From positions 2,134,943 to 2,198,942 of the forward strand of contig MU053216.1 of NCBI GenBank assembly GCA_013239625.1: a stretch of DNA of 64,000 bases. The letters are read 5' to 3'. This stretch comes from Lama guanicoe (lineage: Eukaryota). Numbering within the stretch: the stretch's first letter is position 1; every line of letters starts with the position of its first letter. Made by a program: the position numbers and the translations under genes. The notes under the pieces are model-generated. The model had not been told where the DNA came from, searched no databases, and saw nothing but the letters and a program-made list of their open reading frames with translations. This document shows, one piece after another, positions 46,440 to 59,250 of the stretch.

Positions 46440-46700
46440 CAGCATATTAAACATGCATCAGCTTTGACCCATATGTTGTTGCTAAAAAAAATTCAGAAAA
46501 ATATTGGTTGTCATCTGGAAGGGTGTTGGAGCATAAAACCCAAACAAAAATTGGAGGCTTCCCTTAAAAAAACCGATGGGCTGTAATATGCCCTGTGCTG
46601 TGCATGCTGCTTAACTCGTTCTAGGAAGATCAGAGAAGAGCTGGAATGTTTCAGAAAAGAGCAACTACGAACGTGCACAGGGGTGGAGGGAGTTTCTCCT
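46440..46700 (+). mobile_element. Ancient L3/CR1 LINE fragment
   Basis: TGTTGTTGCTAAAAAAATTCAG...GGTTGTCATC and AGCTGGAATGTTTCAGAAAAGAGCAACTACGAAC resemble the CR1/L3 ORF2 3' region. Confidence 0.45.
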
Positions 46701-46818
46701 TTTCTTTGGGTGTGCTGGGAAGGTGATTTGGGGAAGTGAGGTGTGAGGAAGATGTGACAGGCAGAAAATTACAAAGAAATGTGTGTCTGGGGCGAGAGCC
46801 TGAGGCTTTGAAGGTTAA

Positions 46819-47133
46819 CAGGGGCCGCCAACCTGCAGCCTCTGGGCCACACCGAGTCTGCCATCTGTATTTTTTGTAGGCTGGGAACTAAGAATGGCTT
46901 TTACACTTTTAAATAGTTGAAAAAAGGAAAAAGAATAGTATTTTGTTTCATGTGAAATTTATATGAAATCCAGATTTCGGTGCCGGTGAGTGAAGTTTTA
47001 TTAGAACCGGGCCGTGTTGCTTCGCTTACCCGCTGTCCAGGCTGGAGTGAGCGGTCACCGCGGAGAGCGTCTGTGGGCCACCCAGCATCAGACAGTCACC
47101 GACTGGCTCTTTGCAGAAAAGTCTCCTGGCCCT
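46819..47133 (+). mobile_element. MER58B-like hAT-Charlie MITE
   Basis: Starts CAGGGG...; AACTAAGAATGGCTTTTACACTTTTAAATAGTTGAAAAAA...TATATGAAAT...AAGTTTTATTAGAAC...CTCTTTGCAGAAAAG. Confidence 0.85.
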
Positions 47134-48600
47134 TAATTTAAGGCTCCGTGTTTAAGTGACAGAAAGACAGTATTGTTATGCACATGTTGCAGCTCACTTC
47201 TGGAGATCACTATCTCTGTCATATGCCTTGTTTCTGAGAAAGCTTGGCTCTTCCCAGTTGTTTCAGCTGCGCGTTGCGTTGGGACTCAGCTTACATACAG
47301 CCACCTCCGGGAAGCTTCCTTTGCTTAGCCGGGGAGTGACATCCTCCCAACCCTGACACCCAGGGCACCTTGTAGCTCTAGCGGCTCCAGCGGTGGCCTG
47401 GCCCGACATTCGCTCCAGTGCTTGTCTGACCTTCTCAGCTACGTTACAGCCCCTCAAGGAGCGGAGGCGGCGTCCTTCCCTCCACGTTTCCCCCTTCTCG
47501 CCCCGCGCGGCATGTGGTCAGGAGCATGGCTCAGTGTTTGTTGAGTGAATGTCAGGGAACTGATTAACTCCATCGTTACAGAAAATTGATTCTTAGGAGG
47601 TTACTTTTTGATGCTGTACCTTCAAGATGACACAGAAGCACCTTGTATGCGGCTGTTTCCCGGAACACTGAGTTGGATGGCGTCCTTTAAGATGAAGCTC
47701 TGTACCCAGTGAGATGTAGTTTAAGCCATTATTGTTCGGACCCCAGCTTTTCTCTCGATCCAGGCAGCAACTCATCAGAGTATTCCTTCCTTAGTTAACT
47801 GCTGGTTTCCTTTCCCGTTTCTTCCTTTTCTCTCCATGTGAATCTCCCCTGAAGGTATGTGTTGCTGCTTCTGATGGCCACGAGAGACAAGTGTTAGGAT
47901 GTCATTTTCATTGAAAACCACATAAATATTGTTTTCTTTATTCTTTACTGCTTATCCTGTTACTTAGTTAATTTAGCATTATTTTATGCCCTGGCCATGA
48001 CTTTTTCTTTTTCTTATATAGCGTGTGAATTAGGGAAAAAACTCAACCTGGAAAACAGTGATTTTTTTAATAATCTGATTTTTGTCTATTTTTGGTACTT
48101 TATCTGAGCCTCCTTTTCTTTCTTTCTTTCTCTTTTGTTTGCCCAAAGTATTTCCTTCCACATTTCATCCCTCTTCAATAACGTTTTTTCTTACTGCAAA
48201 TAGAAACTTCAGGGTAAACTCAAGGAATGAGAAACTCACTATCTAAATCCAAAGAAATTTTGTGCAGCCCAAGTAATCAATGTACTGAACAGTTGAGGCT
48301 AAATTAAGTCAAAATGAACTGAGGACAGAGCTGTGCATGCAATTCTGTGTTGGGAGAAAAGGCTCTTTCCAAGGTTTATAAAACCAGGCTTGGCAGGGGG
48401 AGACAGATGACAAAAATAGATTTACTGAGAGCGACGTTTAAAAAAAATGATTTGGGTATTGATCACTTTTAATCTCTCGCCTTGAACGCCGGGGAGATGT
48501 ACGAGCCCTCGGGCCACGTGGAAAGGAAGCCGGGCTGTTCTTTCAGCTGCTCCTGTTCACATGGACATATTTTCCGTCTCTGGGGATCCGGCCGCAAAGC

Positions 48601-48690
48601 TGTGTGTGTGTGTGTGTGTAACTGAATCAGTCACTTTGCTGTTCACCTGAAACGTTGTAAATTGACTTTTCTTAATCTAAAAAAAAAAGA
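48601..48690 (+). mobile_element. (TG)n followed by the terminal L1 3' fragment
   Basis: (TG)n then TAACTGAATCAGTCACTTTGCTGTTCACCTGAAAC...TGTAAATTGAC and an A tail. Confidence 0.75.
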
Positions 48691-51059
48691 AATTATACTG
48701 TAAGTGATATGACATCACTTTTCTTTTTGCTTCAACAGAGTTGTCTCTGTTGTGAGCAGTCTTCAGTCAGGTTGTTAAACATGCTTATTGGTCTAGAGGG
48801 ACGTGGACTGAATTCAGTTCACCCAGATTAAAACAGCCCCCCCCTTCGTGTGCTGTCAATTAGCCTCTGGATTATCGCCAGCCTCGTAGCATCACAGCCG
48901 CGTGGCTCTTCGCGAGCGCCTTGGTCAGCAGTTGTGCCAGTCTGTTCCATCCAGGAGAGCCTCTGTGTCCCCTTGCTAACCTCTGGCATGCAAGTTTAGC
49001 TCAAACTGACCTCCGTTAGTGCAGCAGAAGGAAAGCAGGGGTTGCTGACAGGTGCTTCCTACTGAGCAGGGCACATCCGGGCATTTGGAAGGAACTGCAG
49101 GGCGCCCTGTCCTCTGAAGCAGGAAGAGGCTCTGGGAGTAGCGGGGTCCCCATCATTTCAGTGAGTGGCGGAGGGCAGCTCATCAGACTTTGACTTCGCA
49201 TTGAGCCTTTCTCTCCTGGACACAGCTGTATTGATTTTCAGGGGCTGTTATTCTTGGGGTGGGGAGCCCGAGGAGGGGAGGTGCAGGTGAGGGCTCATGA
49301 GGTCATAAGGACCAGACCGCTCAGTGCTGCGTCCCTGGGGCTGGTGAGCTGCAGGGGACACAGATATTTGTTCTCGGTCAATTCTAATGGAGATGACACT
49401 GAGAACAAATGAAGTCGTCTAAAGGAAGAGGATGTCTCAAGAGTCTTGCTACTGGTTTGGCTGCAAGTTAGTAATGTGGCCGGCACTTCATGGGAACTAC
49501 AGGACAGTAACTTTTAACAGATGCCATTCACGTGTAATCTAAACAGGTCGATTGCTAGCAAGCCTCTGGTGTGGTCTCAGGACACCAAGGAGGAGCCAGG
49601 GAAAAGGCCCAGATGGGCAGACACAGGAGAACTAAAACTGGGCACAAACCAATTTGCAGAAATGGCATTGACCCTTAGAGGAATGAAGCAGCCTGCTGCA
49701 TGTTCACTTCTATCTTATTAATTATTTATGCAGGATGTGAGCTTGTCACTTAAAGCAAAATTTTACAATTGCATAAGAGCACATATTTAAAAATTCCCTG
49801 TTCCTCCAGGAAATGGTATATCCTTAAGGGGGGAGTGTAAATATTAGAGAAAATTTCGCCTTCTCTTTCTATTCATTATTATTGGCAACTCTAGTTCAGC
49901 TCCAAACTACAGGTTTCTGGACGAGCCCAGCAGTCCTGCAGTGAACACAGTAAGAGTCCATCCATCTCTCATACGTGTGTACATCTGCCTCTCATTAATA
50001 TTAATGCAGTTCATACAAGCATTGAGGTGATAATAGACCCCCATTAAAATCCATTTGTATTCATGAGTTTTTTTAAAGGTTACTCTTCAATCATTTCTTC
50101 TAAAAATGTGAGTCAGTGATCTTCTTCAGTTCAAAGATATTTCAAACACAGCTGACTAAATACAGTAAGAATCCAATTAAAGTTTATTTGCAGCAAATTT
50201 CCATGGAAAACTTAACAGTAAATTGCCCCATTTTCCCCCCTAGAATCACCCTTATTTGCTCTATTAAATTGTGTACAGTACATTAACCAGAAAGCGTACG
50301 ATGATCCTTGTTTTCTGCTTCTGTTGGTCTTTGGAATCTGGACTTGCTAGATTGACAGCTGACAGTCTGAACATAACCACGTCCAGAAACTGAGCTTCTC
50401 CCCCTAGAAGAGACTCAGCGTTGCCAGCAGGAGAATAATACATCTCAGTATTCTTAACATCATCCAGGAGCTGTAGAATGTTGAAGGCTAGGAACCTTCG
50501 ATAAAATTCGTGTTTAGAAAATTAACATTCTATTTGTTAAAGAATTCCTCTTTGCACCATTCACCGCTGATTCTACGGAAACAGTAGTGAGGAAGGAGAG
50601 GATTATAGGAAGGGCAAGTCCTGGAGCAGACAGTTCGCATTTTCATGCAACCAAGTGTTTATAAGGAGGAACCAGACAGCAGGATGCTGAGGGGAGGGGT
50701 ATCGGCTAAGCTCACGTTTATAGCCGCAGTGATAAATCTCTCCGGGATTTTCTGATTAAAGTAACACTTTATGCTTTTAGAGGAAAACCTACCAGACTCT
50801 CAGAACCAAGATTAAAAGGCAATTCAAACATTCTCGAAAGCAAAACACATTACGTAAAAGAGGCAGCCCATTTTGTCAATAATCCCTTCTCATCCAAAGG
50901 ACTAAACTGAACTAAATGTAGTGAATTTAGTTGATTCCCTAAAACATGAATGTGTGTTTCCCTTGGGCAAGCATGTGGCTGAGGCTCAATGGGAAAAACT
51001 GTTAGGAGACAGTCTGGGTCCCCAGAGATTTATAATCTATGTGAACCGTGGTCACCAGG

Positions 51060-51195
51060 GGCACACCCTCACTGCACCCTAACTGTGAGTCAGGTGTGTT
51101 CCCTGGGACTACGGTTTCTAGCTGAAGACGGCTAAACCCCTTGGAGGAAGAGCGCAGCAGGATTAAATACACGTCATCCGTCACTTCCGGAGCAG
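51060..51195. promoter_or_regulatory. Candidate enhancer: AP-1 site plus composite ETS-CRE motif
   Basis: TGAGTCA at 51086-51092. The minus strand of 51170-51190 reads CCGGAAGTGACGGATGACGTG. Confidence 0.5.
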
Positions 51196-51515
51196 GGAGC
51201 AGGGGTCCAGTGCACACAGTTCTAGGAGTGAGTCTGTGTTGTGTAATAATGCAGATTTTTACACATTACCAATTATAATTCTATTATCAGAATATACTTA
51301 GTGACAAATATTTTTGGATCGATTTGCATTAAACAAACATTCTAAGTATGTTGTTCATTGCATTCAGTGTTAAATATTTAAATACATACATAGAAATTCA
51401 CTGTAATACACAGAATACTTAGTGACACTAAATTTGAGTATCAGTAATATTAGAGGCTGAATGTATTACAGTAAATGGAACAAATATGAAGAAGCAAACT
51501 CAGAATGTAGTCTTT

Positions 51516-52149
51516 TTATTTTAATTAAAAATTCTTTTTTAATGAAGTATAGTTGGTTTTCAGTGTTGTTAGTTTCAGGTGTAGAGCAGAATGAGTCAGT
51601 TATATATGTATATTCCTTTTCATAGTCTTTTTCATTACAGGTTATTATAAGGTATTGAATAGAGTGCCCTGTGCTCTACGGTAGAACTTGGTTGTTTATC
51701 TGTTTTGTATATAGTGGTTAGTATCTGCAAATCCCAATCTCCCAGTTTATCCCTGCCCCCTTTCTCCCTGGTAACCATAAATTTGTTCTCTGTGTCTGTT
51801 AGTCTGTTTCTGTTTTGTAAATAAGTTCATTTGTCTCATTTTTCAGATTCCACATATGAGTGATGTCATATGATATTTGTCTTTCTCTAACTTACTCAGT
51901 ATGGTAGGGTCTAGGTCCATCCTTGTTACTGCAAATGGCATTATTTCATTCTTTTTTATGGCTGAGTAATATTCCATTGTAAATATATTTACCACATCTC
52001 CTTTATCCAGTTATCTGTGGAGGGACATTTAGGTGCTTCCACATCTTGGCGACTGTAACTAGTGCTGCTGTGAACATTGAGGTGCACGTATCTTTTCAAA
52101 TTACAGGTTTCATCTTTTGTGGATATGTGCCCAGGAGTGGGATTGCTGT
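51516..52149 (-). mobile_element. 5'-truncated L1 3' end (~630 bp)
   Basis: TGAAGTATAGTTGG...GGTAACCATAAATTTGTT...AGATTCCACATATGAGTGAT...GCAAATGGCATTATTTCATTCTTTTTTATGGCTGAGTAATATTCCATTG...CCCAGGAGTGGGATTGCTG. Confidence 0.95.
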
Positions 52150-53269
52150 GGTTAAGAATAGTCTTAACCTCTGTTATTTTTTTGATTTTACATGACTTCT
52201 GTTGAGCCACCTGTCAGGACAGAGCACATGGCAATGAGTGGGAAGACCAGCTCTTTCCTGAGCCTTTACTCGTGCACTTCCACTGAGTGGCCCATTTGCT
52301 GGCACTGGAGTAGATGATCAGATAAAAGAATGGAAGACACGTCTGGTCCTAGGTCATTTTACCGATGAGAGGGGAGACCTCTAAGTGCAGATGAATGTAA
52401 CAGGGAAATGCTGACATAGGAGTGTGCACAGGGTGCTCTGGGAGCATGCTGGGAGGGAGGGGTAACGTGATTTTAAGGAGAGATTTCCAGAGATGTGACG
52501 TCTGAGCTACGTCTCTTCTACCACTATACATAAAGTAGATGGCATCTATTTATCTATTTCATATATAGTAGTAGAAGGCCAGGGGCCTTAGGACCACATT
52601 TTAAGAACAGCTGCTTCAGTCTGTTTATAGATTTTCGGTTCCCTTCCCTCCATCCATCAGCCCCGGCACCGATACTTTGCTGTTTTAATTTAGTGCATGT
52701 TTACAATATGTTTAACGCTCTATACTGTGCTTTCCTTACCCTTTATCATTAGCGTTGTAGGTATTTTCATACATTATTTATTCAGTTAAAATTAAAAGTA
52801 GTTTTTATTATTTAAAAGACATCCTGTCAGACTTTTAATTGGAATGATACTGTTTATAAAGAAATTTGGAGAGAACAGACTTTGTTACATTGTAGATTTT
52901 TCTCTTTGATGTTACCCCAATATCTGAGAAAGTGGGATAGAAAATTTTGGCCCATTGGACACCGTAGTGGAGTAGGGTCAGTGCAGTGTTGCACACTTTC
53001 AATAAAAAGTAGCTGAAGCCCAAATCTGTGCGTTACAGCCCTGTGAGGGTGCTGGGAGGCACTAGTGTGACACTGACTGGGAGCCAGTTCCTCCAGCCTA
53101 TTGAATTTGGTAACTTGATGGTGCTTCTTTCTAAGCTTCTGTAAAGTCTTGTCTTCATTCTTGGGGCCAAAATTTGAGGGGCTGATTTGAACCTTGCAAA
53201 AATACAAAGCATGAAAACCTACGATACCACGCAGTATCAAAAAAGCTCATAGTGGGAAACAGAACACTG

Positions 53270-53460
53270 GGAGATTTCTGACTCTAACCCAGCTTTAGCC
53301 CTTATTCACTGTGGAGTAGAGAGCACCTTCATCTCTCTTGAGGTTCAACTTCCTTGTCTCTGAAACAGGAATAATGATACCCAGACTCCTTATTTCAGAG
53401 GATTGAGAGGAACAGAAACTGTAAGTGATTTACTTTGTCAAGTGTTTTACAAAATGCTTG
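53270..53460 (-). mobile_element. MIR SINE fragment
   Basis: TCAACTTCCTTGTCTCTGAAACAGGAATAATGATACC...GGATTGAGAGG. Confidence 0.55.
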
Positions 53461-54334
53461 TGCTTGAGTGATGTTAGAGAAATGGAGTTGCAGAGCTGGA
53501 CCAGGGCCTCAGAGACCAGCGAGTCCACTGGTCCTTGGAGCCCTGCGTGTTCCCTGTGTGTGTCCCAGAGCCAGGCGTGGGGTTGGCGGCGGAGCAAGAG
53601 GACATGTGAAGATCAGGTTTATGCCTTATGCTTGCTCGCTTGCTTTTCTTTTTCTTTTTGGCTTGAAGAAGGGGACATACTGCTTTCAAACTTTGAAAAC
53701 CTCTATTTCTAGTCCAGACCCTCATTTTTATAGCTGAAGAAACCAATTAAGAGCAAAGAAGTTATTTTCCCATTTGTTCAGCTAGGTAATACTGGTGTTA
53801 GACCAGAAGCGTGGTCTAATGTCTTACGTGTGATGCACATTCAGTCTGCTTAGCCTTTAATTCAAAAATCTATACAAAATTTAATTATCTTTGGCTTTCA
53901 GTCCAGAAAGCTGACTTTCTGTTGTCACCAGAAAGAGACATACTCTTTATGGATAAAGCCAAATAGAGAAACAGTGTGGATGGTGCTCAGTCTGTCAAAA
54001 CGATATCCCGTCATCTCAGCACTACAGTCTATGAAGGTGTCATTTAGATGTGGTAAGTCATGAGTGTTGGCTGCGTGAGGGCCTTATGGACTTAGAGAAA
54101 ACTAACATACGAAAGAGAGGGATCTCTTTCTATGGAGCATGAAGGAAAATCCAGTTGAAAGGAGAAAATCCAATGCTCGTTACTGAGGTTTCACCCAACC
54201 CCCGGGGAAGGGTCCTTCAGTCTCCGTGTGTCGTGTCTACACGAGGTCAAGTGCCCAGTGCTCCTGGGTGTCAAGACGTTTGTACAGAGGCAAGTTCAGA
54301 TGACTGTTTTTGGTTTGCTTTGGTTTTTCTTCAG

Positions 54335-54356
54335 ATTGTCTGCTATGAGGGCTCAG
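54335..54356 (+). other. Candidate 22-nt micro-exon (ATTGTCTGCTATGAGGGCTCAG)
   Basis: Branch-like TGAC (54301), a long T-rich tract, a TTCTTCAG acceptor, then the consensus donor CAG|GTAAGT at 54357. Confidence 0.45.
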
Positions 54357-54425
54357 GTAAGTGGCGTACTATCATTGGATCAAATTGTGTTCAAATAAAA
54401 TAACTGCGTAATACGTTCCTTTTCT

Positions 54426-55242
54426 TTTTTTAAAAAAATGGAAGTATCGTCTGTTTACAATGTTGTGTTAATTTCTGGTGTACAGCTTCATGATTCAGTC
54501 ATACATATAAATGTGTATCTGTTCCTTTTCATACTCTCTTTCGTTATAGGCCATTACAAGGTATTGAATATAGTTCCCTGTGCTGTACACAGCCTTGTTG
54601 TTTATCCATTTTATACAAGGTCATGTGTATGTGTAAATCTCAACCTCCCAATTTATCTCTTCCAACTCTTTCCTCTCTGGTAACCATAAGTTTGTTTTCT
54701 ATGTCTGTGAGTCTGTTTCTGTTTTGTAAATAAGTTTATTTGTGTCATTTTTTAAGATTCCACATATAAGTGATATCATACAATATCTGCCTTTCTCTTT
54801 CTGGTTTACTTCATTTAGTATGATCATCTCTAGGTCCATCCATCTTGCTGCGAATGGCATGATTTCATTCTTTTTTATGGCCAAGTAGTATTCCATTGTG
54901 TATATATATCGCATCATCTTCATCCAGTCACCTGTTGATGGACTCAGGTGCTTCCGTGTCTTGGCTGTTGTATATGGTGCTGCTGGGCACGTTGGGGTGC
55001 AGGTGTCTATTCCAATTGGAATTTNNNNNNNNNNNNNNNNNNNNNNNNNNNNNNNNNNNNNNNNNNNNNNNNNNNNNNNNNNNNNNNNNNNNNNNNNNNN
55101 NNNNNNNNNNNNNNNNNNNNNNNNNNNNNNNNNNNNNNNNNNNNNNNNNNNNNNNNNNNNNNNNNNNNNNNNNNNNCTCCAGCATTTATCATTCGAGGGC
55201 TTTTTGGATGATGGCCATTCTGACCGTGTGAGGGGATAAAAG
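54426..55242 (-). mobile_element. 5'-truncated L1 with an 11-bp TSD, containing an N gap
   Basis: The minus-strand ORF contains YIYTMEYYLAIKKNEIMPFAARWMDLEMIILNEVNQKEKGRYCMISLICGI, the L1 ORF2p C-terminus. TSD GTTCCTTTTCT at 54415-54425 and 55243-55253. Confidence 0.95.
55025..55176. other. Assembly gap (N run) inside an L1
   Basis: Run of N. Confidence 1.
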
Positions 55243-56053
55243 GTTCCTTTTCTAGCAAGTCTTGATTTTAGTGGGATAACACTCAAACCAGAATAGTAAA
55301 TTTACTCTGGCCTGCAGGAAGACAGTGGTGGCCTCTTCTCGGGCACAAAGGTGCATGTGGCCACTGTCTGGTTTGTTCCTTCTGGGATGGTGTTGCGCGC
55401 ACAAGAGCAACTAGCCGAGCAGCTCATGGGCCTGTCCTGCAGAAGCATCTTTCACCAGTGAGAGCTTTCAGAGGCGTGGTCAGCTGCGTGAGTCCCTCAT
55501 TGCTTCATCGCACCATGGGGAGGTGCCCCCTCTCCCTGGGGCTGGACATTATAGGAGAGGAGCCCTGACTCTTGGGCTGAGAGTCTTTCCAGCTTCCTGA
55601 CAATGGAAGCCCTGGTCTTTCCTGTGCTGTCGTCAGGGACCAGGATGTTGTGGTGCAAAGGTCATGTTTTTTAGCAGATGATTCAAGTAAAAAATATCAA
55701 AGAATTTCTTCATATTCTAGAAAATAGTAGATAACAGTGTCCCCATTTCCTGACAAATGTTTGGCATGGCCTGAAATTCACACGCTTGAATTACAGAAAG
55801 GTGGAGACGCCACGAACTTAGGCAGCAGTGCTTACCCTGCAGGCTTGCAAGGTAAACTTCGCAGAGAGCGATGAAACTCTAGACGAGGTGTTGCACACTT
55901 ATGCGGACAACATGCTTCCTTCCTTGTGGGTCTTTGTTAGGAAAACAATTTGTACTGGAGGTTGAGCCCTTTTTAAAACAGGAAAAAAGTACGTCTCCTT
56001 TTACACAGACTCTGTTTTTAATTATAATTTGACAAAAGAAATAACCACATTAC

Positions 56054-56120
56054 CTGTTTGATTTGCCAGAACCTTCTTGAGCACCACCTGTTAGGCCCAA
56101 GGCACTCAAATACTGACATA
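56054..56120 (-). other. Candidate 67-nt internal exon on the minus strand
   Basis: Minus strand: TAATTTTGTTCTCTGCAG|TATGTCAG...ATCAAACAG|GTAATG. Confidence 0.35.
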
Positions 56121-58359
56121 CTGCAGAGAACAAAATTACTGAGCTGGCATGCCGACTAGCATTGGTGCCAACAAAAGCATAATATAGCCTTTGTACTCAG
56201 AAGAAAACAAAAATACATTAAGCTACCAACTGTTAAGGTTTAAGAAAGCCACATCTAATTACATACAAACAGAGCCTTCTAACAAAGAAATGTAATGAAA
56301 AAAATGGTCTTGGAGCTAAAAGGCCAGAGTTTGCATGGTGCACACTGGTAACTCTCATGAGCTGTAACAGAACAGAACGTCACGGTACGGCTGAGTTCTA
56401 TTAAACCCGACAAGGGGTGCCGGACTTGTTTTCATGAACTGATGGGTTCAATTCCATAACATGTGCTGTGAGGAAATAGTTCAGTGCGTTACCATACCGA
56501 CAAAACAGAGAGCTATAATCTGTTATGTGAGTGTGTATTCATGGCCCTCAAGTTTGTGATTTCTGACTCTGGAGGGGCGTGTTGCCTTTGAAGGTTCACC
56601 TGCCTTTGCCTTCATACCACACGGACTTACGTTAGTGCTGAAATGTGCAGTCAGGACACGAGGGCTTGTCTAGGTGCCTCCCCTATTTTGGACAAAGGAA
56701 TAAGAAAAGGCCACGTTGGAGGAGTGGCGGTAGTAGGCGCACAGTGCAAAGAGCCGGAAGTTCTGACGACCACATGCACCGTCGGTCCTGACTGGGCTCT
56801 GCGCGTCCTTCATAAACATCCCTTCGACAAACGTGAAGAGTAGGGGTTTTTATTTTATTTTACACATGAGGATTTTGAGACTTGGGTTAATTAACTTGCC
56901 TTAATTTACTCATAAATTACCCCAAATGATCCCAAAGCAAGTGCTCCGAGTCTGTACGGTAGACAGCTATGAAGCTGCTCTTTCCCTAAAAGGTGATCTG
57001 TAGGTTTGTGGACTTGGGGGCTCAGGTCCGCCAGTGGGGCTAGAGTATGGTTTCGTGGCTGAGATGTAACTGAAGAAGTGGCTTAATCAAACGTGCCGAG
57101 TGTGGCTGTGTGAGGAAGGGACGCGTCAGTGGAAAGGCCTCAGTGTACGCAGAGGTGAGAAGAGAAGTCCTGCTCAGGTTAGTGCAGGAGAGGCGTCTGT
57201 CCCCCTAGTTCAGGGGGCCAATACTGCTTCCCGGGCCAGAAGGACCCCCAGGCCAGTTCACATAGCTCTCCTTCTTCGATGACAGTTTAGCTGCTCCATT
57301 CTGATTCTGGGCTCTTCAAGCAAACTTCTGGCCTGTAATTCAGTCGCTGAAGTGAATCGATCCACCAGGGGGACACACCCTAAGCTGATGACCGAAGGCG
57401 GTGCTGGTGTCGCCTCTGTTGTGAATTGACAGTGGGCACTTCGGTTTGTAAGACAGATTCTTGAAATTTTAGTTTGCCTGAATAAATCTCTCTGAGCTTA
57501 CCTAATTCAAGATAGTTTCTGAATCTGAAAAGGTGAGGACCAGGACTGGGAACCCACTCCCTTCACCAAGGGAGCCCCGGCTTGGGACACCCTGCCTGCG
57601 TCTGCTCCCCTTGGACGTGGCTCCTTCAGTGGAAACAAAGGCTTTAAGACTTTCAGCTCAGTCCTCTCACTTTTGTAGGTGAAGAGAATGAGGCAGGAAG
57701 GTTCCATAGTGTGTCTAATTAAATCCGTTAGAGCAGTGGAACTCCACGCTTCGCCCCATGTGGCCCAAGTGTTAGCTGCTGTAGTTACAAATATTTGGGA
57801 CATATGGTTCAGCTGTCTTTCACTCTGATCAAGTGCTACAGTTTCACAGACAGATGCTTCTGCTGCACATGTCACAGTGTCATTTCCAGTGAGTAGGACC
57901 TAAGCTGGAATGTTGGAAATTGTGTTAAGTTGTAACAGTGTGATGACACAGCTATTGTGATGGGTGATTTTGGAAAATATATGCTAGAAACTTTTAAAAC
58001 CTTTATGTCCTAAACTTTCACAAGTTTTATAAATGACAAAGCCAATTGTCAAATAGTTTATCTAATTTTTCTGTGTTGCAGGGCCTGATGCTTGGCCTAA
58101 GGCCCTGCTATCATGTCTTAAAAATCTTTAATAATTTTTGAACAAATTATAATAATTTGAACTTAACTTATAATTATTGCCACCCAGCTAATAATTGGCA
58201 AAACCTCAGATTGCCTGTCTTCAAAGCTCATATTTTTGCATTTGAGTAAAAATCACAGTTTTTGAAAGGATGTGTTTTATAAGTACTCAGTGGCACTCAA
58301 AAACCATGTAAAGTCTAGGTCAAATGTTTTCAAAATAAAAACCCCCACAGGTCAAAATG

Positions 58360-59250
58360 TTGCTAACTAGACAGGAGAGAACCCCTAGAGCTGGGTGGCT
58401 GTAAGTGAGCAGCCGGGAGGAGTCTAGGGTTTTTAGTACTAGCGTCTTAAAAAGATGGAGTTGCCATCGATGCAAACGGGGAACCTGTAGGTGGCATGAG
58501 TCTGACAACTGATGAGTTGATGTGTTTATTGAACAAACAAATGGAGATTTCAGGTGGGCAGCTGGATAGCAAATCTGGCATCTGGAAGGTCAGGGCTGGA
58601 GATAAAAATTTGGAAGTTATTGGCACGTAGATAGTATTTAAGATCGTGAGTGAGTGCGATCCCCGAGGGAGTTTTGTAAAGAAGAGGAGACAATGACAGG
58701 TAAGGGAGGAGAGGAAGGAGGAACGAGCGAAGGAGACTGAGGAAGAACAGGCACTGAGGTAGAAAAGGTCCAGGGAGCGCTGATGCCCTGGACACCACGT
58801 GCCGAGGGGAGGGGCGCTCCGCAGGGTCAAGGGTTGCTGCTGTCTGTAAATGAAGACTGAGAAGCTGGCCGCTGGGTATGAACACGTGCAGGTGACGGGT
58901 GGCTTTAACAGGAGGGATGGGACTGACGGACACAGCCTCTCTCAAGTGGGCTGAGTGGCGGGGATGTAAGGGGGTGGAGGAGAGAGGCTAGAGATGGCAT
59001 ACAGGGGCCACTCCTTCGAGGAGTTTTGCTGTAAGGGGAAAAAGAAAAAGAGGTAGCAGCTAGTTGGGGAAATGGAGGATAAAGAAGGGTTTTTTTTTTC
59101 CAATGAGATAAATAAAAAAGGGTGTTTTGCTCCTGATGAGAAAGGTCCTGTAGGGAGCAAGGAATGATGGCACAGAAGAGGGCGTGGAGAGCTGATGCAG
59201 GACGCCCTTGAGTGGGTGGAGGGGTGGGGTTTGGGTACCAGTGGAGACGT
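58360..59250 (-). mobile_element. L2 LINE fragment including a degenerate RT region
   Basis: The minus-strand ORF 58550..58945 contains LTHDLKYYLRANNFQIFISSPDL, a decayed form of the L2 RT motif HGFNYHLYADDSQIYISSPDL. Confidence 0.85.

Noticed and set aside
3564-51598. About ten AP-1 heptamers across the window
   Set aside because: Roughly eight are expected by chance in 64 kb, so there is no evident enrichment.
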